DNA of 64,000 nucleotides. It comes from a virus. The notes under the pieces were generated by a model. It searched no databases. It saw only the letters and a list, made by a program, of their open reading frames with translations, and was not told the DNA's origin. Location of the stretch: IMG/VR virus record IMGVR_UViG_3300027985_000661, positions 32,403 to 96,402 of that record; one strand, given 5' to 3'. Position numbers and translations under genes: made by a program. Below, piece after piece: positions 44,827-53,530 of the stretch. The stretch's first letter is position 1; the number at the start of each line of letters is the position of its first letter.

Positions 44827-44970
44827 TTAATGACCCCAAACTTTGCCAACTACAGGTTCTGTAATCATAGGAATAGAGGTGAAAAAATATTTCCCTGCTT
44901 TTTCCATTGCCCATTTTAGGATTTTTTTCGCTTCTTCTGCATACTCAGATAGCGCTTCTAAAACAATTTC
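44827..44970 (-). CDS. polA: DNA polymerase A, exon 3
   Basis: EIVLEALSEYAEEAKKILKWAMEKAG...GKVWGH stop; completes motif C HD-E. Confidence 0.88.
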   Translation of the reverse strand, partial: EIVLEALSEYAEEAKKILKWAMEKAGKYFFTSIPMITEPVVGKVWGH

Positions 44971-45037
44971 CAAATATGTTACGAATATACCGATTCCGTA
45001 TACTCTCTTATAATTTCTTATAAGTTCGGACTATATC

Positions 45038-45727
45038 TTATAAAGTAATTTTAGCAAATAATTTACCTAATTGCATATTGCTGTATACTTTATCAGTGCT
45101 TTTCAACTTCTCTTGAAGCTTACTCCATTTAAGGATAGTCTCTGAACTCCATAATTTATATTTAAAACAATTTAATGGATAGGTAGAAAGTATTTTATTT
45201 ATCTCGTAGGCTCCGTCATATTTACCTATTCTTAGATAATAAAACACTCTTCCATCTTTTTTTGTTTCTTTTGTTACTTTAGCTTTTATATTATATTTTA
45301 ATAAAAAATTAGCGATTATTTCGTTTTCTTTTTTTGAAAATTTATGTGTATTTAAATTATAAAATAATTTAGTTTTATGTAAACTTCCATCATCATAAAA
45401 CCACAATGCTAATCCTAAAGTACTTAAAAGATTTAATTTAGATTTTAAATCTAAATTTGCTATTTTAGTTATACTTTTATTTCTTTTAGTTGATAGTGTA
45501 TATATAGGTTTTTGTTTATATCCATTTTTAGAAATAAATCCTATATTAAAACTTAAATCTTCTAATAATAGTTTTTTAAATTCTAAGTATTCTTTATGTA
45601 TGCAATTTGTACTCATTAAATAATTATGAGTTTCTTTTTTTCTATATAAATTACCATCTCCTAAAGTAGATGAAAGTATAACTTGTAATTGTTTTTCATT
45701 TAAATTATAAAGCTGCTGATTGTCCAT
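45038..45727 (-). CDS. Intron-encoded LAGLIDADG homing endonuclease (two motifs)
   Basis: ILSSTLGDG and LALWFYDDGS motifs. Confidence 0.88.
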   Translation of the reverse strand: MDNQQLYNLNEKQLQVILSSTLGDGNLYRKKETHNYLMSTNCIHKEYLEFKKLLLEDLSFNIGFISKNGYKQKPIYTLSTKRNKSITKIANLDLKSKLNLLSTLGLALWFYDDGSLHKTKLFYNLNTHKFSKKENEIIANFLLKYNIKAKVTKETKKDGRVFYYLRIGKYDGAYEINKILSTYPLNCFKYKLWSSETILKWSKLQEKLKSTDKVYSNMQLGKLFAKITL

Positions 45728-45753
45728 TTTAAAGTAATTTAATTTACTTATTA

Positions 45754-45778
45754 TACGTAAAATTATTACATAAGTTAC
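45754..45778 (-). promoter_or_regulatory. ECF-sigma-like promoter GTAAC-N16-CGTA for the LAGLIDADG ORF
   Basis: Sits between the intron P and Q elements, 26 nt upstream of ATG 45727. Confidence 0.6.
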
Positions 45779-45854
45779 ATGACAGTAGTGTACTTAGTAT
45801 TTACGTCTTTAGGAGTTTCCAGCAATTAACACTGTTTTAACACAACAAAATTTT

Positions 45855-45968
45855 ATCGTGCACCACAATTACTATTTTAATAGGAGAGTTAAGAGTAGGG
45901 GGAAATCCTAAATCTTTTATGCGCTTTTTAATTAAAATTAAGGCAATTTTAGTCATATCCCCAGCTGT
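45855..45968 (-). CDS. polA: DNA polymerase A, exon 2 (38 codons, absent from the ORF track)
   Basis: TAGDMTKIALILIKKRIKDLGFPPTLNSPIKIVIVVHD. Confidence 0.9.
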
Positions 45969-45975
45969 CAATATG

Positions 45976-46566
45976 TTATCGTAAAGGCTCTTTATCCTTT
46001 ACTTCTACAGATTTATTATTCTCTGTAGTTCGGACTATATCTTCAAATGATTCTATATAGTTAAATATATTATGTGCAAATTTTTCAAGTTCACTGAAAT
46101 CAGCGTCGTTTTTCATTGTGTTTGCTTTTTTAGATATAACTCTTACATTTCCTGGAACATAACCTAATTCAGGTTTTATCCTATCTAAAGTAGGAGAATA
46201 TCTATCTTTATCAAATTTAACTATTAAAATAGGGCAATATTTTGGAATTATTATATCTTTCAATTCAAGTTCAAATTTAATTTTTTTTCTTTTTGCTCTT
46301 GATTTTGTAGAATATAACAGTCTTCCTTCTATATTACTCCAGTAACTTTTTTTCTTTTGTTCAGAGATTTTTTTACGATGTTCTAGATTATTAGCCCTGC
46401 GTTCTCGCCTTTTACGATTACGCTCATCTTTATTTTTATCTCTTATTTTTTTAGCTATTTCTTTTTTACATTTAATGCAATAATGATCATAGCCTAGAGG
46501 TTGCGCTTTATTTTTATAAAATTCACTATCCCCTTTTTCTTGCTTACATTTACAACATATTTTCAT
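45976..46566 (-). CDS. Intron-encoded Zn-finger/His-Me-finger (HNH-like) endonuclease
   Basis: CCKC...CIKC zinc finger; CPIL...SPTLDRIKPELGYVPGNVRVIS..AN. Confidence 0.75.
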   Translation of the reverse strand: MKICCKCKQEKGDSEFYKNKAQPLGYDHYCIKCKKEIAKKIRDKNKDERNRKRRERRANNLEHRKKISEQKKKSYWSNIEGRLLYSTKSRAKRKKIKFELELKDIIIPKYCPILIVKFDKDRYSPTLDRIKPELGYVPGNVRVISKKANTMKNDADFSELEKFAHNIFNYIESFEDIVRTTENNKSVEVKDKEPLR

Positions 46567-46575
46567 ATATTCATG

Positions 46576-46600
46576 TACATACCTTTTATTTAAAAGTTAC
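46576..46600 (-). promoter_or_regulatory. Variant promoter GTAAC-N16-TGTA for the polA intron 1 endonuclease
   Basis: 9 nt upstream of ATG 46566. Confidence 0.45.
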
Positions 46601-46748
46601 TGACATTTGCCATGCGCTCGTGGGTTTTCATATTCTGTTCTAGAACGTATAACCTAGTCTCTGAACCTTTATAGTATCCCTACTATACTTGGCTGCTGAT
46701 CGACATTTCAGTTTTCCAGCAATTCACATGGTTTAGACAGGGCCGCTG

Positions 46749-48461
46749 ACCCTGTATAGGGGTATTCATCCCTTTTCTTTCAATACTTCCTTTTAATTTT
46801 CCTATTTTGCTTCTATCTTCTTTAGATAGAGACCAGTAATCTTTGGATTTTAATTTTTTATATTCTTCGTATTCTGGGATCCAACGTATACGATTTGTAA
46901 TTGGATTTGTCCGTATAACTCCATCTGTAATAGCTTTCTTTTTATTATTGTTAAAAAGTGTTTTTAAAGTTGGAAATCCCTCGTAAAAAGATTGAATTAG
47001 CTTCTCAGCTTCATCTATTGTTATTTTTAATGTTTTAGATAAGGTAAATGCACTTCCCCCAAATGAAATCATAAAGTTAAGTATTTTACCTTTTTGCCTA
47101 TACTCTTCGTTTTCTGTTTTAGAAACTTTAAATTCTCTTCCGAAAGCAGCCGAGAACATTTTTGTAGCGACGAAACTATGCACATCTCCGTCTCCGTTAT
47201 TAAAGAAATTAATATAATCGTCATCCTTTGCAAAGGCAGCCATTATTCTACCTTCTTGGTTAGCATAATCCGCAGTAATTAAGTCTTTTCCTTCAGGGGC
47301 TATAAAAGCTCCTCTAAACTCATCTCCGGCGGGTATTTGCTGCATATTTGGATTTCGACTACTTACTCTACCTGTATTAACAATTTGGTTAAAGTAAGTT
47401 CGCAATCTACTATCATTACTTATGTGTTTGTTAAGAAATTTCTCACCAAAAGAACTAATAATTTTAGATTCTACTCTAAACTGAATTAATTTTTCTACAA
47501 AAGGCGGCCTTTCATCAAGCATTTCGAGGGCCGGTGTTCCTGAACTAGGTTTGCCATCCTTGTCTTCAGGGTAAATTTTAAATGTATTTGTAAGTATTTT
47601 GTAAACTTGTATATCACTATTCCAGTTTACATTGGTAAGCCTTTCTTTAACTAAATCTGAAAATAAATTTAATTGAAAAGCTTGTTTTTTATATTTTGGA
47701 TCTTTAGCGATTAGTAATTCATCTAATTCTAATAATGTATTTTTTAAATTAGATTTGTATTTTATATGTGTATTTAACCATTTTTTTTTATCTATATAAA
47801 ATCCATTATACTCTATATCGCCTAGTACTAAGACAGTAGCATTTTCAAGATTTACAACTTTTGTTAAATTATATTTATTAATTAACTTTAATTGCGTTTC
47901 CCTTATTTCTAAGGGGTACCTTACGTCTAATGCCCCATATTTAATTTGTTCGTAAGTAAAAGGTTTACTTCCCCATGTTGAAAATTCCTCTCTTACAGTT
48001 TTACTAAGTGTTTTATCAAAATAGTATTTATATACGCCCGCTAAAGAATATCTTTTTTCTTTTACTATTTGGGCTGTAGAATATCTACCATTATGTATAA
48101 CCCTATCTATTACCATTGTATCGTAAACATTATTTAAAAATATGTTATATTTTTTTAACATATTGTAATCAAATTTAATGTTGTGCCCTACAAAAGTAAT
48201 ATCTTTACATTCTAGAAATTCTTTTAAAATAGAAAAATCGAAACCTCTAGTATCTATTACAATTTCGTTTATTCCGTTACCTAATTGAAGCATTACAATA
48301 TCGTTAATAAATGGGTTAAGTCCATTTGTTTCACAATCTAATGCAATTATATTAGTATTACGAAAAGAATTTATAATATCAAGAAGTTCCGATTTATTAA
48401 TATATTCTATTTCTATTTCTTTTTCCAGAAAATTAGTTTGTTGGCTAAAGTAATATACCAT
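46749..48461 (-). CDS. polA: DNA polymerase A, exon 1 (3'-5' exonuclease plus polymerase; spliced product 656 aa)
   Basis: ExoI DCET, ExoII HNIKFD, ExoIII YGALD, TGRVSSRNPNMQQIP, motif A DYANQE, motif B RQKGKILNF. Confidence 0.92.
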
Positions 48462-48721
48462 ACATTTTTTCTTTCTATTTCTAAAACTTCTATATTAAAG
48501 AATGTTTTTTGTTTTGAAAATTTAGAAATAAATATGGAATGTTTCTTTATATTAGGTTTTATTAAAAGTCCTAAGTTTTCTATAAAAATATGATACGGGG
48601 AATTAAGAATTATTTCTCCCTCTTTTTCAGTTTGTTTATTAGTTATTAAATATAATTTAATTTTATTATCAATTTTAAGAGTTACTTTATCCCCGCATTG
48701 AAGTGCGAGTTTACGTTTCAT
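48413..48721 (-). CDS. Hypothetical protein
   Basis: 102-aa ORF. Confidence 0.5.
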   Translation of the reverse strand: MKRKLALQCGDKVTLKIDNKIKLYLITNKQTEKEGEIILNSPYHIFIENLGLLIKPNIKKHSIFISKFSKQKTFFNIEVLEIERKNVWYITLANKLIFWKKK

Positions 48722-48733
48722 TTTTTTAAAATT

Positions 48734-49267
48734 TTAAACTATATAAAGTTTTATTTCGACTTCTATAGTTTTATTATACTCTTTCCGGTAATTGTCATGG
48801 TATTTATGAATTTCTTTATTTTTAGAAATATCTTCTTTTAAGGATTTCACCATGTTTTTGTAATCCTCTGAGTTGAAACTTTCGTATTTTTTAATTAAGT
48901 TCAAAATAAGAGCATTTTGTTCTTTAATATCCCCTAATTGATAAATTGACCCATTAATTCCGGTAATTTTTTCTGATTCTGCTGTTCCTGCATTTGCGAT
49001 AGCCATTAGTTGTTTAATTACAGTAGAATTCGCATACAAGGCTTCTAATTTAGCTAATGTCATTAGAATATCATCGCTGCTCAAGTTACTGGCCCCCATA
49101 AGGATTCCTTTATAACTTTTAATTTTATTTATTGTTCTTGTTTTAAGATTTACTAAACCTTTTAAGGAGCATTTCTTGGTAACTGTTTTAAAGTTTTCAA
49201 GTTTAGTAGAATTTATAATTACAGCTCCTTTTTTAATTTTATTATTAATTGAGTTATTATTCAACAT
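48734..49267 (-). CDS. Hypothetical coiled-coil protein
   Basis: 177-aa ORF. Confidence 0.5.
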   Translation of the reverse strand: MLNNNSINNKIKKGAVIINSTKLENFKTVTKKCSLKGLVNLKTRTINKIKSYKGILMGASNLSSDDILMTLAKLEALYANSTVIKQLMAIANAGTAESEKITGINGSIYQLGDIKEQNALILNLIKKYESFNSEDYKNMVKSLKEDISKNKEIHKYHDNYRKEYNKTIEVEIKLYIV

Positions 49268-49922
49268 GTTTTCTGAGATTTTTTTGATTTAACATTTTTG
49301 AAATTAATTTATCCTTTTTGTTTTCTAAATCTAATAAACATAAAGGATTTATTGGAATATTGTCTATGCGTACTTCATAATGTAAATGAGGTCCTGTAGA
49401 CCATCCTGTGTTGCCTAGTGTCCCAATAGTATCATTAATTGTTACTTTTTGCCCTTTTACTATGTTAATATGTTGTAAATGAGCATAGTAGCTTTCAATT
49501 CCTTTCCCATGATTTATTATAATCAAGTTTCCGAAACTGAATGACTTTTTTACCTCTTTTATTACTCCAGTCGCAGCAGGATAAATAGGAGTCCCTATGT
49601 TACCTGAGAAATCTATTCCATTGTGGGATGATTTTATTTTTAAAACTGGATGTATTTCTCTAATACCGTAATATTCACTTATTCTTTTTATTCCTTCTTT
49701 ATCTACAGGTAGACAAATAGGTATATTCTTAGTTTTAATATTGTATTTATTTTTAAGAATGTTAAAAGACAATGAATAGACATTGAAAGCTTCTATTGTA
49801 GAAATTTCCGCTTTTTTAAATGATTTTGAAATTGGTTTAGAAGAATTTAAATTTATTGATGCGGTTAAAAATAGTAAAAAAGCTACAAATAACTTTTTCA
49901 TATGAATTATTTTAGTTAACAC
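49257..49922 (-). CDS. M23 family metallopeptidase with N-terminal signal/anchor (likely start 49901)
   Basis: HNGID, YYAHL and GWSTGPHLHYEV motifs; MKKLFVAFLLFLTAS leader. Confidence 0.9.
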   Translation of the reverse strand: MLTKIIHMKKLFVAFLLFLTASINLNSSKPISKSFKKAEISTIEAFNVYSLSFNILKNKYNIKTKNIPICLPVDKEGIKRISEYYGIREIHPVLKIKSSHNGIDFSGNIGTPIYPAATGVIKEVKKSFSFGNLIIINHGKGIESYYAHLQHINIVKGQKVTINDTIGTLGNTGWSTGPHLHYEVRIDNIPINPLCLLDLENKKDKLISKMLNQKNLRKHVE

Positions 49923-49977
49923 TGGTGTATTTCATTTGTCAACGTTTTGAACAAGTATATACACATAAACTTAATTT

Positions 49978-50002
49978 TACGATAAATTATATTCAAAGTT
50001 AC
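49978..50002 (-). promoter_or_regulatory. ECF-sigma-like promoter motif GTAAC-N16-CGTA
   Basis: Same motif and spacing as upstream of the intron endonuclease ORFs. Confidence 0.55.
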
Positions 50003-50006
50003 GGAG

Positions 50007-50084
50007 TCGGGAGACAGGGCACGACCCCTGCATCTTTAACATTTGATTTATGTATGCTAATGTAGATCATTTCTACTTCTCCCG
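50007..50084 (-). ncRNA. tRNA-like cloverleaf with non-canonical anticodon and T loops
   Basis: CGGGAGA/TCTCCCG acceptor, GTAGA/TCTAC arm, TTAGCAT/ATGTTAA arm with 11-nt loop, CAGGG-GTCGTG-CCCTG arm. Confidence 0.5.
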
Positions 50085-50222
50085 TTAAAATAAAAATACA
50101 ATGGATTTTGAAATGTATGTGCTATTCGGTATACGCCACCTTCCTTTCTTTACATTTTCCTACATGACTTTAATCCTAAGTTCACCTCTTTTGTTAAAGC
50201 AATGAGGCCAACTGCTGATAGT

Positions 50223-51515
50223 TTATGTATTTTTATTTTTTCTTTTATTTATAATACTTTTATATTTTTTGGTAGTAATGAACTTCCAATTTTTATCTTC
50301 TTTTATAGTGTCTTTACAAGAGTCTAAATTTATAGAAACTGTTATATTTCTATTTTCAGTATTATATATATAGTATCTTTTTTCTGGTTTTTCTACTTTA
50401 GTTACTTTTTTATTTTTAGTAACATTTACAGGCTTTGTATTTTTAACTAGCCTTCTCATTTTTCGATTTGCACCTTCACTGCTATTCATTACTGGTAAGG
50501 AATCATAGTAACCATTACCTGCTTTTTTCGCATCTTTCCATGCTTTTTTCGTGCAGTATTCCCATTCTTTATCTTTTGATATTAATATATCTGCGTTTTT
50601 TCTTGAAGTTCTAATACAATTAACTCCTTTAACTAGACATACTAATGATTTTGGGTTTTTAGTAATTTTTCTTTTACTTTTTTCATTTTTTAAAGTGGTA
50701 TAATCAATGTAATCGCATTTTATTTTTGTACCCTTATCTTTATTATAAAGGGCTAACATTTTGTTATATTTCCCTTTAAACAAGTCTTTTAAAATGTCTT
50801 TTTCTTCAGTATGCGTAGTTTTCGGGTCCAAATATTTTAAAATCCCTACTACAGAACTAAGTCTTTTTGGGTTATTTACATTTTCGTATTTTTTACCCAA
50901 ATTTAGTTTATTTGTAGTTTCTTTTTTATTAGTAAAATTAGGTTTAGAAGTATAAATCCATTCTTCTAATTTAGGGTATCTTCTTTTCCAATATTTAGGA
51001 CGTTGACCATAGTCTTCCACTACATACCCAAGCAGCATTTTTAGCCTCTCCATTAAATCTGGGTTTATCTTTTTTTTAAGCTTATCTAATGGGGATTCTT
51101 TTTTAAGTACAGAATATTTGTATAAAGCTAAATAATCGTTTGTTTGTACTTCTGCGTACTCTTCATCTACTACTATAAAAATAGTATTATGTTTGCTAAT
51201 TTCTTTTTTTAACTCTTTAAGAGTAGGGGTGTAATTAAGGTCTATATGTTCTAAAGGAGATAAGTATTTTTTACCCTCTTTATTTGTATCGTATAGTTTT
51301 AACATTCGTTGAGTTTCCCTAGCCGTCTTAATGTTTAATTTATGTAGCATATTTCCAGCAACTATACTATTAGCTACTTTTTTAGCTTTTTTTCTTTTAG
51401 CTTTTTTTACTTTTCTATTTTCAGATAGCGTATTGTTTTTTTTAGATGCGGTAGTATTTAAGTGCTCCAGCTCCGCCACTTTTTGTATCTTTGCGAATTT
51501 AGCCTTCATTGCCAT
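50223..51515 (-). CDS. Lysine-rich hypothetical protein (likely start MAMKAK at 51515)
   Basis: Long basic ORF; the upstream ATG at 51563 falls inside a tRNA-like element. Confidence 0.6.
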   Translation of the reverse strand: MAMKAKFAKIQKVAELEHLNTTASKKNNTLSENRKVKKAKRKKAKKVANSIVAGNMLHKLNIKTARETQRMLKLYDTNKEGKKYLSPLEHIDLNYTPTLKELKKEISKHNTIFIVVDEEYAEVQTNDYLALYKYSVLKKESPLDKLKKKINPDLMERLKMLLGYVVEDYGQRPKYWKRRYPKLEEWIYTSKPNFTNKKETTNKLNLGKKYENVNNPKRLSSVVGILKYLDPKTTHTEEKDILKDLFKGKYNKMLALYNKDKGTKIKCDYIDYTTLKNEKSKRKITKNPKSLVCLVKGVNCIRTSRKNADILISKDKEWEYCTKKAWKDAKKAGNGYYDSLPVMNSSEGANRKMRRLVKNTKPVNVTKNKKVTKVEKPEKRYYIYNTENRNITVSINLDSCKDTIKEDKNWKFITTKKYKSIINKRKNKNT

Positions 51516-51556
51516 AATATATATATTTAAGTTTAAAATAAGGATATTATATCCTA

Positions 51557-51620
51557 GGGGCATTGCTGGGTTCGAACCAGCCTGCTAAATATCTATTTAG
51601 TTTTCTCCTCTGAAATGCCT
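51557..51620 (-). ncRNA. Truncated tRNA-like element (acceptor plus T arm)
   Basis: GGCATT/AATGCC acceptor; perfect T arm GCTGG-TTCGAAC-CCAGC; no D stem; CTAAAT-AGAT-ATTTAG in place of the anticodon arm. Confidence 0.6.
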
Positions 51621-51651
51621 ATGGTATTAAAAATTAAATTTCAAACTTAAA

Positions 51652-52794
51652 TTAGGGTATGCCATACCCTGCCGCACAAATTCTTAAAATACGAGGGATT
51701 CTTTCGTCATCCTTAGTATTTAATGTTAGTATTCTACCTACTATTTCAGTATTAATAGCAATGTTTCTGCTATTAAAAAATTCTTCAAATGATATTAAAT
51801 TAGTAGTAGTGATAGATTTTAAAGTGGATATATTAATTTCAGTTTTTTTAAAAGACCGATTAATATATTCATTAATAGCCAATTTGTATTGTACTACATT
51901 TTCTTTAAAATTAGATTGTAAAATAACTTTATAATCATTTAACCTTTCTTTGAATGTCAAATGGTCGTTATTTTTAAGCTCCCAACCTTTAAAATTAACT
52001 TCTTTTATAAAATCAAAAAAGAATTCATAAGCTGTGTTAATTTCATTTCCTATACTCTTTTTTTTAGCGTTAACTAACTCTGCCATATATAGCTCTCCTA
52101 CATTTTTAGCGCGATTATTAACTTTAAAAGCGCGAGGAATCGCGCTCTCAAAGATTTCATCTAGAGTTAATACAGTTTTATTTAAACTGTACCAATGTTT
52201 TTTAATTACAATTTTGTTAGATTTGATACTAACATAATTAACATTGTTATATAACGCTTTCACTAGTCTTTTTAATTTTTTTTTATCTGTATTTAACATG
52301 GTGAAATGCTTTTTGTTTATATAACTATTTGATAATATAGAAGGATCCCCCAGTAATCCGGGGGACCTTGCTCTACTTATAGGTATAATTAAGGAAGCAA
52401 TGCTATCTAAATTAGCTTTGTTTTCCTTTGTTATTACGTCATTTTTTATATATACTAAGGTATACATTGTAGGTAATGACATTTTCGGACTAATTAAAGT
52501 ATCTTTATTTTTATAAACATACTTTTTATTTTTAATGGCTGTACAATACTTTGGAGTTCTATTAAGGATGCCATCCCTATATTCCGAAAGAGAATCAGTA
52601 ACTTCCTGTTTCTCAACATCCAAAGTATTTTTAATAACCTCTACTTTTTTAATTACAATTTCTTCAGTTTTAGTTTCTGTTATTGTAATTTCATCTTCTT
52701 TAGATATATTTTCATAAACATTATCTAAAATAAGGCCTAATAAAACGCCTAATGTAAAGATTATGATTTTAAAAAATACTTTCTTTTTATACAT
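51652..52794 (-). CDS. Membrane-anchored hypothetical protein (possibly two fused genes; second start at 52299)
   Basis: N-terminal TM helix; strong internal hairpin at 52341-52369. Confidence 0.5.
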   Translation of the reverse strand: MYKKKVFFKIIIFTLGVLLGLILDNVYENISKEDEITITETKTEEIVIKKVEVIKNTLDVEKQEVTDSLSEYRDGILNRTPKYCTAIKNKKYVYKNKDTLISPKMSLPTMYTLVYIKNDVITKENKANLDSIASLIIPISRARSPGLLGDPSILSNSYINKKHFTMLNTDKKKLKRLVKALYNNVNYVSIKSNKIVIKKHWYSLNKTVLTLDEIFESAIPRAFKVNNRAKNVGELYMAELVNAKKKSIGNEINTAYEFFFDFIKEVNFKGWELKNNDHLTFKERLNDYKVILQSNFKENVVQYKLAINEYINRSFKKTEINISTLKSITTTNLISFEEFFNSRNIAINTEIVGRILTLNTKDDERIPRILRICAAGYGIP

Positions 52795-52814
52795 GTTTGA
52801 TTTTTAAGTTTTTA

Positions 52815-53041
52815 TAACTTACGATAATCTCTCCTAGTTATCATTGAGCCCCTTTTCAATTTACTGGCGTTATGGTTTCCACCTAGGGGAACGAACATGG
52901 TATCGTATCAGCTTGCTTTTTCATGTTACTTACTAGGCAAGAACCTTTCGTCTCGTGCTCCGCTGCTCGCTTTTTTCTACTATAGCAGGCTATGCCTTTT
53001 TCTTAGTACAGTGGCCGACAGGCATATACGTTACGCTATAA
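52815..53041 (-). ncRNA. Candidate structured intergenic RNA
   Basis: GC-enriched gap with no ORF; TATAGC/GCTATA, TATGCCT/AGGCATA and TACGATA/TATCGTA stems. Confidence 0.35.
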
Positions 53042-53051
53042 TATAGTTTGA

Positions 53052-53528
53052 TTAAGAATTTAAGATATATGTAATTGCATCAAATATTGATCTTTTTTGC
53101 AATTTTAACATTTGAATTTTATCTTTGTATTCTTTTTGTCTTAATTCAAAGAAGTCTATCTCCTTAACAAAAGGGTTGAATTTTCTGTACGCTTCATATT
53201 CCCTATCAAAAGGGCTATAATTATAAGCGGTCTCTACCCATTCTTCATCAAAGCTTTTTTTGAATTTATGAAAATGTAGTTTTAAACTTATATAGCTTCG
53301 TTGTTCTTTGCAATAATTACAATTACAAGAATTATACTTACTCTTACTATTAAAATAAAAACAATTCCTATCTTCCATATTAAAATTGTACTGTACTTCC
53401 AATTTTCTTTTTTTATCTTTTCTTTTTTGGGATAGTTCTTTTATTATTCTAATTGATTCTTCAGAGTTTTCTTCAAATTCTTTTCTTGCTTTTAATTTTG
53501 CTAATAGAACTACATTAACTAAACTCAT
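53052..53528 (-). CDS. Hypothetical protein with CxCxxC
   Basis: CNCNYC motif. Confidence 0.55.
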   Translation of the reverse strand: MSLVNVVLLAKLKARKEFEENSEESIRIIKELSQKRKDKKRKLEVQYNFNMEDRNCFYFNSKSKYNSCNCNYCKEQRSYISLKLHFHKFKKSFDEEWVETAYNYSPFDREYEAYRKFNPFVKEIDFFELRQKEYKDKIQMLKLQKRSIFDAITYILNS

Positions 53529-53530
53529 TT

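Larger units (their letters stand above)
44971..45854 (-). mobile_element. Group I intron 2 of polA (884 nt), in motif C
   Basis: P1 CACGAT|AAAATTTT-GTTGTG with U.G; core AATTGCTGGAAA, AATCAGCAG, GTTCAGAGACTA, AAGATATAGTCC; ends TAACATATTTG. Confidence 0.92.
45969..46748 (-). mobile_element. Group I intron 1 of polA (780 nt)
   Basis: P1 ACAGGGT|CAGCG-GCCCTGT with U.G; core AATTGCTGGAAA, ATCAGCAG, GTTCAGAGACTA, AAGATATAGTCC; ends TAACATATTG; splicing gives NTPIQG-TAGD. Confidence 0.92.

Noticed and set aside
42224-48461. Pseudogenes, frameshifts or inteins in the helicase and polA
   Set aside because: The inserts contain stops and full group I signatures, lack intein C...HN ends, and precise removal restores the motifs.
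52860-52960. Hammerhead ribozyme (CTGATACGA and GAAA seen on the minus strand)
   Set aside because: The core does not match CUGANGA exactly, and I could not build the three flanking stems.
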